Shown: positions 54,168 through 64,000 of the stretch, one piece after another
How the letters are laid out: each line of letters starts with the position of its first letter
Position numbering within the stretch: position 1 is the first letter of the stretch
Source: Octopus vulgaris
Taxonomy: Eukaryota
Length of the DNA: 64,000 nucleotides
Assembly: GCA_951406725.2 (NCBI GenBank)
Contig: OX597820.1
Location: 64,666,001-64,730,000 of the forward strand
Direction: 5' to 3'
Notes under the pieces: generated by a model
Seen by the model: the letters and a program-made list of their open reading frames with translations, nothing else
What the model was told of the DNA's origin: nothing
Databases searched by the model: none
Position numbers and translations under genes: made by a program

Positions 54168-56084
54168 TATCTGTAAAGAACTGCATTCATTGCAGTCGAA
54201 AATTCCACTCCCCTAGTTTTGTGGACTTTTGCTTTTCACACAAATCGTGTTATGTCGTTTTATCAATTAAGTAATTCACTTAAAATTCTTTTCGTTCTCG
54301 ATAACGAAATATCAATGTGATAGCATGCAGCGATTTGAAATATCAATGAAATATAATTATATTTATTTTTAAAGAAAGATGTGGTCAGCGGAATTCTGGC
54401 AGTCATAATAAAAATGTCAAATTTTCCAAATTGTTAGTGGAGAAAATATGTTTATTACGAGAGATAGCGTAATTAAAGTGTACATAAATTTTCACTTGAT
54501 TAATACTTTCATTCATTGAACTCCGACCATTCTGGGTCAGCATCCTAAATATTTTAATCAATGAAATTCAATCGCTCCTGATCCAAATATTATCGCTCTT
54601 TATTTCTTTATGTAGAACAGATAATTGACAAGGAGTAAAACAAGCAACAATGGTTTTCAAGCTGCGAAACAAACACAGTCATAAATACGTGCGCCAGGTT
54701 ACGCATGCATTTACATATATAGGTTTATGTGTGAGTACGTGTGTGTGTGTGTGGGGGTATCTATGTGTACGTGTGTGTGTACATACATTTACATATATGG
54801 TGTATTAGGGTTCATGGACCGAATAGGACGTCCCAAAACGAAGGCCATATGTTCAAATCATCTGTGGAGACTGGGGTTCCTTCTGCAGGTGGTGTACGAC
54901 AACTTCCCAACACATATGGGAGTGAACCATTTGTGCAAAGCTTGTCGATAAAGGGGTACAAACTGTATCAGAGTATATATGACACACATTTTGTCAGTGT
55001 GCTATATAGCACTTATTCAAGGGAGTTACAAGTGTCGCCATAACAATGTACTTCCGAAACTCACTGTAATCCCGGAACAGCAAAGGCTCAACAAACAGCA
55101 TCAGCAAGGGTAAACAAAGGCAGCAATAATGTGTGTGAAGGAGAGAGAAAATAAGAACAGCAGGGATGTGGGTTTGCCCCCATTCACACAAACACACTCA
55201 CAGACACCATCCTTACGTACATTCACACGTGTTTGTGTACCCAAGTACAGCCACATGACCGCTATTATATCCCTTTCACTCAGCTCCTCTCTTTCGCTCA
55301 CTTCCTTACGTTGAACTGTTATTCCTTACATATGTTTCTTTTTACTCTCCCCTTTTTTCTTTCTTTTTAGCTGTCTCTCCATTTTTTCCTGCTCAGTGCT
55401 TTCTCTCGCAGTGCTGAGACTCGAGCATCAAAGATTTTTCTATTCCTCCCGAGCGTAAAAAACTAATACACACCTGCTAGTTTTCCATCACTTGTCTTTG
55501 TCTTTTGTTTCCTCTGAATATAAGTCACACACACACACATATGTATATATATATATATAAATATATATATATGATTCATATATATATATATATATATATA
55601 TCAAATATACACGCTATGTATATGAGTGTTATATATAAATACAATATATATAAATATATAAATATGCATGTATATGTATATGAATATATATATATATATG
55701 AGTATATATATATATATATATGTATGTATACATATACGTATACAGTTATATATATATGTATATACAGATATATATGCATATATATATATATTTATATATG
55801 CCAGCTTAATTTTATTCGTCCTTAGTCGAAAGACACATGTTGTTAATACCCTGTTGCTTGCATTTGTATTTGTGTACCATTTCTTCGATTTTTTTTCTGA
55901 CCTTGTTTTCGTATACATTCAGTGCTTTCTTCCAAGAAATCTAGTGCTCTTAGCTTAGATTTACCTTGGGCCAGATTGCAGAAGTCTGAAGTATAACCAG
56001 CCGAAACTGCAAAGATAATCTGGAACTCGACTGACGAAAGGAAACCCTGACTTAGTAAGTAGGAAGGCTTATAAATCACAATCC

Positions 56085-56543
56085 CTTCAGGTAGATGGCC
56101 CCGTAGAAATGCCGTGGGTAGAAACTCCATACGATGTACCCGGTGGAAGCTATGGACATATAAAAGGTGCAGCAATATCAAAGGAATGTTAACCGGGAAA
56201 GTAGTTTTTGTGTGTAGCAGATGCACTGGGACAATAAACACTGAAGATCTTCAGAAAATTGATTCCATCATATGCCATGGGGGAGAAAGTAGTAATAGTT
56301 GATAGCTTCTGCAACCTAGGCGACCACGTTTGTAGTGTGGGTGGTTTGTAGTGTAACGAATAGCCTGGGCAAAGTTCAAGGAGCCCCTAACTTTACTGGT
56401 AAGTAAGGGCTTCTCGCACACGGTGAAAAGTAGACTGTATGATGCATGTGTGCAAACTGCCACTCCAAAACTGTAGAAGGAACCTGTGAAAGAGGTAGAC
56501 CCAGGAAGACATGGGATGAGGTGGTGAAGCATGACCTTCGAAC

Positions 56544-56545
<2 letters not shown>
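56085..56545 (+). mobile_element. RTE-type LINE 3' fragment, internally deleted
   Basis: VGRNSIRCTRWKLWTYKRCSNIKG...[15 protein letters not shown] and [22 protein letters not shown]. Confidence 0.75.
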
Positions 56546-56609
<64 letters not shown>

Positions 56610-56618
56610 GTATGTATG

Positions 56619-56651
<33 letters not shown>

Positions 56652-56873
56652 TGTATATATGTGTGTGTATATTTATATATGTATGTATATATATATATAT
56701 ACACATATATATATATATAAGAGAGAGAGAGAGAGAGAATTATGAATACAAATGCTTTTACGTACATATGTTTATATTTACACACACGTGTATATAAAGA
56801 TAAATATTATAAACATATATACGCATATATATGCATATATATTCATACACATACCTGCATAAATACACCTCCC

Positions 56874-56936
<63 letters not shown>

Positions 56937-57101
56937 CTTTACACACACTGAAGTGTAATATAGATCCATTCGAATATTGATGGTAACTAAAATTTTGTAT
57001 CATAATACCTTCGAAGTTATGATCACTTCTATTAGCGTATCTAGGCATTTATTAGATATATAGATCTCTATTTAGACTGCGATGTTTGCGCTTTGTAGCC
57101 A

Positions 57102-57173
57102 CCCGTGATCGTCTATTGGTTAGGACCCTACGTTGTGGCCTTAGTAACCTAGATTCGAATCCTAGTCACGGCA
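57102..57173 (+). tRNA. tRNA-His(GTG), probable pseudogene
   Basis: 72-nt cloverleaf, anticodon GTG at 57135-57137. Differences from typical metazoan tRNA-His: G1>C, A box TAGTGG>TATTGG, one anticodon-stem mismatch, one T-stem mismatch. Confidence 0.85.
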
Positions 57174-57414
57174 GTCTATTATCTTCGGTCTGTTCCGTTA
57201 TATATTTTAGAAACTTATTCCGTAACGTTCACTAAAGTAATTTCTTTCTTTCTTGTCTGTATCTTTCGCATTTCTTATTGCAGTGCCTCTCACTGACACT
57301 CGAAAAGATGCACAGCAAAGCTGAGAAACTCTCTCTTTTGTGACTGCCTCATTCATTCAAGCTCATATTTTCTCGAAAATGACTCCTTGATTAGAGTACT
57401 TAAATTCAGACTAT

Positions 57415-57785
57415 TCTTGCAGAATGCTATAGCCTAATTATCTCTGCCTACGCCCCACAAATGAACAGAAAGATCACTTTTATGATATTCTTATGCAGGC
57501 TACTTCAAAAACGACAGTCAATGATCTCTTCTTTGGGGACGAAAATTTAAAACAGACATATCAGACAGCAATCTGGTATTTTCCATGATGTACACGGGGG
57601 CCATGGATTTGGTTGAGTCAAGTAAAACCATCATTGTTACTGGGGCCGGTGGCAAGTAAAAAGCATCATCCGAACTTGGTCGATACCAGGGCCGCCTGTC
57701 TGGCTCCCGTACCAGGGGTGGAGGCACGTAAAGAGCAACAGCCGAACGTGGCCGATGTCAATAGCCCCAGACTGGTTCCCGTCGA
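57415..57785 (+). mobile_element. RTE-type APE endonuclease fragment plus GC-rich repeated segment
   Basis: IISAYAPQ..EQKDHFYDIL...FHDVHGGHGFG; imperfect direct repeats GGCA.GTAAA.AGCA at about 57650 and 57723. Confidence 0.6.
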
Positions 57786-57872
57786 ACGGTTTTGCTATGG
57801 AATGATGAAGCTATTTTTTCGTTTTCTGATAAAGCAACGTTTTGGACTGACGACATTTTCGCATAATAACTA

Positions 57873-57954
<82 letters not shown>

Positions 57955-58230
57955 AAGCGAACTTTAGGTCAGTCAAAATATGTTTGTGGCATATTTCAAA
58001 CTATAAAGGCAAATTCATTGTAGCTACCGTAGGAAATAAACTCCCTCTCATAGTAAAAGGTTTTAAAAACCAAATGTTTGTTCAGTGCTGCCCCCTGTTC
58101 CGTTACCCGACGCTGTGTTTCTAGCTCTTTTGCCGTTTTCAATGTGTAATACTGATGTACCGAAGAGAGGTAACTCTAGACAAATTGATGAACGTCCTAA
58201 CTGTAACTCTCTCTCTCTCTCTCTCTCCCC

Positions 58231-58282
<52 letters not shown>

Positions 58283-58379
58283 GTACACGTACATAAACAC
58301 ACACACATATTTTACACTTTTTGGGTTCCCTGTATATCCCTATATACATTTCTACATGTGTCTATGTATATATGTATAT

Positions 58380-60055
58380 CACTGTGCAACACCCATATTT
58401 ATATGGCCATATATATATGCAAAATGATATAGGGTATCCATAAATCCATTTTTGGCCTTCGTTTTTTTTTTATTATGCATGGTTTCTAAAGAATTGTCAC
58501 TGTATACCCTTTTTTCATCATTGTTAAATAAAATTATCTACCGCATTGTAAACCAGTATTAGTAACAGCTACCACGAGATTCAAAGCTTGTGTTTAATGT
58601 TATTTTTTATCTTTCAGATCTTAATTGTTTTCAACAATAAGTGCAAGACAGTGCAAAAATGATCCAAAAAGATTCTGTTATATCTGTGGGAAATTGACTT
58701 TTGCTAACGGAAAGTACATTATTACGTTCCATATCAAGAAAATATTCGTACTTCGATTGTTACTTAGGAGAAAAGGATAAGTCATGGGCTCCTCATGTGT
58801 GTTGCCTTACACGTGTCAAGACATTGAATGTTTGGTATGCAGTAAAAAACGTTCACATGAAGCTTGGTGTATCAATGATTTGGCGTGAGCAGAAATATTA
58901 TTCTAATGATTGCCATTTATGTCACCATGGCTTTACATGCTGTAATACAGCAAAGAAAAAGAAAACATTCCAATGGTGAATATGTGGGAGCCCAATGATC
59001 CAGAGAGTGAGAATAAGCCAATACTATTTTCTCAAGAGGCTCTAAATGATTTGTGCAGGGATCTTTATTTAACCAAAGAGAAAAATTAATTTCTGGCATC
59101 AAGACTTCAAGAAGCAATCTTCTTCAGAAAATAGTGAATATAACACTGTACAGAAAACGTACAGAGGATCTGCTTGTATTATTCACCATAAAGGATGACT
59201 GTTACACAATGGTAACACTCTGCCTTCTGTTCCCATAGATTATAGCACCACCATGAAAGAATCAGATGAACATCTGAAAGCAATTCTAACAAGCATACAG
59301 TATGATAACCATACCTGGCATATTGGTGCCGATTTTAAGGTTGTGGCCATGCTTACTGGCCTTCAGCTTGGCTATGCTAAATTTTGCTGCTCCCTGTGCT
59401 CATGGAATTCCAGAGCAAGAGCTGAACATTATGTACGCAACGATTGGGCGTTCGGAGATGAAATTGAGCAAGGAAAACGTAACATCATGCACAAACCACT
59501 TCTGAAAAGTGATAGAATTTTTAACCAGCTGTACATATTAAACTTGGTTTGTGTAAGCAATTTGTGAAAGCCTTAGACAAGGAATCCTCCGCATTTGCAT
59601 ATCTTGCAGAAAATTCCCTTCCGTGAGTCAAACTAAAATTAAAGATGTTTTCTTCATAGGGCCCCAAATTTGAAACATTGCACTTGATGAAACCTACATC
59701 ACACATCTCAAGAGAAAACACAAGCTTGCCTTTGAAACATTCAAGAAAGTTTGCGATAACTTCCTGGGCAACCATCATTCAGAAGACTATATGCAAGTTG
59801 TGAATGATCTACTGAGTCATTATCATGATATGGGATGTAACATCACTCTCATTTGGGTTTTTTTGCGAAAAAGCTTGTTGATGTGAGTGATGAACATGGC
59901 GAAAGATTCCATCAGGATATTTCAGTGATGAAGCGACGATTCAAAGGAGAACGGAACTCTGGCATGTTGGCAGACTGTTGGCAGGACAATTCTTTGACCC
60001 AGAAACTAGTCTTACTTAACTTGTACTTTTTTAACGTAAAATTTGAAGCACAGTG
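58380..60055 (+). mobile_element. Decayed Chapaev3-type (CMC) DNA transposon
   Basis: TIR CACTGTGC / GCACAGTG and 3-bp TSD TAT. Transposase motifs CKNDPKRFCYICG, GEKDKSWAPHVCC, MIWREQK, DFKVVAMLTGLQLGYAKFCC, FIGPQI and SDEHGERFHQDI, with frameshifts and deletions. Confidence 0.85.
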
Positions 60056-60157
60056 TATTCTATAAATCAAGCATGTTACTCTCTCTAGGTCTTCCCTTCT
60101 CTCTCTTTTTCAGACACACGCACACACACGTACACACACACGTACACATACACACAT

Positions 60158-60193
<36 letters not shown>

Positions 60194-60254
60194 TTAGATA
60201 TATAGATAGATAGATAGGCAGATATATGTTTATGTAAATATGTAACTACATATA

Positions 60255-60303
<49 letters not shown>

Positions 60304-61514
60304 ACACGCAAGCACGCGCACGTACTGACACACACACACACACACACACACATAAAAGTCTGCTACGATTTTGTTAGTACAATAATTCAATAGTTATTTT
60401 GGTAATTCCTAGTTTTTGATAATTGTTTGGAAATACGACAAAATACAGATATTAAAGCTCTTAATTGATAACATCAATGGAATGAAGATTTGGTTAAATG
60501 TGTTTGCAAGTACAGGTTATAAAATATAACCTGGCACATACTACAGTAAAATATTACAGGTCGGTTATGTAATATCAATAAAGTGTTAGTGTGCGTAATA
60601 CCTTGCGGTAGAAATTTTGTGGAAGACTCTACATAAATATGTTTATATTTTATTAAATAATTTCACTGATTTCTATTGTTAAATCGATCGTAAATATTTC
60701 TTACTTACATGGAAAATATATGCAATTGGATAATGGCCAACTGTAAAGATAGAAATAGATAACGTATGCGATTTTAAAATGAGAGAAGTTATGCATTCGA
60801 GGTAAAGACAAAGTTTTCTGCTCTATCTAAGAAATGGAGCTAGAGAGCGTGGTAAGAATCAGCTGGGGTACGATTGCTGCCGAGTGAATTGTGAATTTTG
60901 TTCTTTTATAAACACACATGGTTCGCTGATTTCAAGCGTCTAATTGAATAAAATAATGAAATACGTCTCACAACAAACTAAAATGAAAACATGAAGTGCA
61001 ATCATTTCAGTCATACATACCATACACATACACAAACACACATGCTCATATACACACGCATGCATAAATAGTTACATGCGTATGTGTGTGCGTGTGTGTA
61101 CAAGAGAGAAAGAGATAGTGAGAAAGAAAAAGAGAGTAAGAGAGAGAAATATATTCAGCAGTTAGGGTTAAAATGTTTAAAGCGGATACTAAGATAAATA
61201 ATGGTCAATTTAACGTTAACTTCCTAAATTCAGAGTACATTAAGCTAACTAGAAAATTCTCCGAAGCAATCAATAATATTAATTAACTCCAAACATTGTT
61301 TCAATCCTGGATGCGTAATTAATTCTATACAGTGCAACGCCATCAATGGCCGGTTCGCAGTTTCAAGCGACGAAAAGTTTCACACTATACTAGTTTCAAA
61401 TTTTGGCACAAGGCCACAAATTTTGTTACTAAATTATGTGGAAAAAATGTTGAAAATAAATTTAAATGTATATGTGTTTTTCTGAATGGTTTATGTATCT
61501 CATTTATTTATTGC

Positions 61515-61610
61515 AGACAAGGGGCTACACACAGAGGGGACAAACAAGGACAGACAAACGGATTAAGTCGATTATATCGACCCGAGTGCGTAAATGGTAC
61601 GTATTTAATC
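61515..61610 (-). mobile_element. SINE family A long-tail fragment
   Basis: AAGGGGCTACACACAGAGGGGACAAACAAGGACAGACAAACGGATTAAGTCGAT. Confidence 0.7.
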
Positions 61611-61760
61611 GAATGTTTTATGTATGTCTTCCACACTGCAATCGTTTCAGTTTCAACACTTGAATTCAGATCAAATGGTTTGCTGACCAAGATTACCTTC
61701 ATAATTCTAGTTTGTTTATAGCACCTGGCATTACATAATTTATGAAATATTACTAACAGA

Positions 61761-62154
61761 GGGTAAGGTGTAGCCGTATGGTAAGAACTTTTCTTCCTAA
61801 CCACAACAAGGCCTCTGGATTCAGTGTCACAGCGTGGCGCATTGGGCACTATATCGCGTCGTCCTGACCAAAGATTTGTGAGTGGACTTGATAAGAAACC
61901 CGCCGTATATGTGTATGTGTGTGTGTGTGTGTGCGTTTGTACATGTATGTGCATGTTTTCGTGTCTGTGCTCCCTACCACTGCTTGACAATCGGTATTAG
62001 AGTATTTACGTTCCTGTAACATAGTGGTTCAGTCAAAGAAACTGATAAAATAACTGCCAGACTTCAAAATAAGTATTGGTGTTCGATTAGTTCGACTAAA
62101 AGTTTCTCGAGGCGGTGCACTAGTAGTCTAATCAGCGAAACTAGTAAAAGAATA
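61761..62154 (+). mobile_element. SINE family B, diverged
   Basis: Colinear with the 13099 copy. Confidence 0.75.
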
Positions 62155-62644
62155 CTTAAATAAAAGATGTACCCCAGCTCTTGTTCGGCAATTCGTTTCG
62201 GAAATATACAAGGTTTAATAATATACAAAGCTGTTCAGAGTTATGACCCATCATAAATTATATTTTACAATTTTAATTAATTTACATTCCGAGTATGTGA
62301 CAATGACTTTTCTCCACACTGAACGTTTAATCAAAATAATTAGAATGTCTTCATTCGGTGCATTTAGTATGTTAACAGCCACTATACTCTCATCTTAATA
62401 TACACTGCAGGAATCCATGCAATTTTACGCATTTAGCATTTTTTCATCTTCTGGGCGATCCTCAGTGATTTACTATAAATTCGAAAACTTGATTATATGC
62501 TAATTATTAGACGAAGGTAATTCATAAGTAAACACGCTAGAGTTGAAAGCGTTATAATGCATATATAGATATATTCATTTAAATTCCATCTGTTGATTGT
62601 TATCGTTTATTTTCCGATTAAATTTAACCGTTTGTGATGCCATT

Positions 62645-62646
<2 letters not shown>

Positions 62647-62710
<64 letters not shown>

Positions 62711-62719
62711 CAGACAGAC

Positions 62720-62811
<92 letters not shown>

Positions 62812-62824
62812 GGATAGATAGATA
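62647..62824. repeat. (TA)n(GATA)n microsatellite
   Basis: Seen directly. Confidence 0.98.
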
Positions 62825-64000
62825 TAATGCTACGCTAGACACTTGACGTTACGCCGACTAAAGTATTTTAGAAAGCGGAAGCAGTGTATTGACTATATTT
62901 GATAAAATTATGCTTAATTTCATTTACTTTATTGAACGAGCAGATAAGAACAAAAGCGGTAGTTGAAAGTTTGCGTCCACGGTGAAAATAATTTTAAGAT
63001 TCCACTAGCTGTTTGAAAACACAAAGGTATAAGTTTATGTGAGAAATAATTGGTATAGGTATCTGAATATGGTGAGAGAAAAAAACCCAGGAGAGTTTCG
63101 AAATCTAAACAGATTCTTAAAATAGAGTCGGCAGAAAACAATTCGAATTCATGAGATATCATAATCGTTTGCAACGACGGTGACGAATAGTAAATGTAGA
63201 ACAACAGTCAAATGCCTTGCATTATTCTGAAAAATTCCGGTACATCCTTCTTCCGACGGTCTTACAAATTGTTTAAAGCTTCAAACAATAGTCTTTGCAG
63301 CATTTATTCCGGTTGTTTTCATCCGGAGTTCAAGTCACATTGAGATCGACTTTTCTGGTTATCCATGTTTCTCTCAGTTCGATATAATAGAATATTAGTT
63401 AACTGCTGGGATCGATTGTGTTGAATATCCCTTGCAATAAACCCTGGTCGTTAGAAACAATTTAGATAAAAAAAAAAACCTTAATTGAAGGAGCTTTTAG
63501 ACTACAATAGTTCTGTGAAATAATTATTTTATTTTATGAATATTTTTCTCCTCTACCAATTCATTTTTTGACCAAAATTCTCAAATCTCAACGTTCTTTT
63601 CAATTGCTTTTAACCTTTTGTATATTTAACATAATTTAGATATTTGGAGATGGTTGTCACTTTAAGATTTTAGATATAGCGTGAAATTCAGACATTTACA
63701 TAACGTGAAGGTAAATGATTAAATTGAACGATATTGAAAACTTTGAAATATTAAAAGATATTTGTATAATTTTATACTGAAATAAACTTGCAGTAAGCAG
63801 AATTTCAATCTACTTTACCACAGAAAAAAAATCAGTGTTCTCTTTCTTCAGACATGTCAAATCGTATTAAATATATAGATGTTGGCCAGTACGATATATG
63901 ATATAAAATGTAAAAAAAGCATTTTAATTATATAACATATAAATGATATTATACATAATATATATCACTCAATATATAATATATTACATAATATATCATA

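Overview
This is AT-rich, microsatellite-dense eukaryotic DNA, intronic or intergenic. The SINE families suggest an octopus or other cephalopod, which is inferred from recalled family resemblance. No host gene can be called with confidence, and almost all short ORFs in the track are translations of (TA)n, (TG)n, (GATA)n or (AAT)n repeats. The window is a layered transposon graveyard. It holds two 5'-truncated R4/Dong-type RLE retrotransposons stacked in one (AAT)n tract plus an ancient copy, a Buster-type hAT with TIRs and TSD, a Chapaev3-type element with a TAT TSD, three mariner remnants, a non-autonomous Helitron, CR1/L2 and RTE fragments, three tRNA-headed SINE families and a tRNA-His(GTG) pseudogene. 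The signal not explained by the ORF track is about 13 minimal hammerhead-ribozyme motifs, intact or decayed, read by eye. They fall into classes with different palindromic stem III sequences and often lie in elements with inverted terminal duplications, which are Penelope-like element hallmarks. One element near 1.3-1.6 kb joins a tRNA-like B box to such a Penelope-type end, making it a candidate Penelope-mobilised SINE. All alignments and folds were done by eye.
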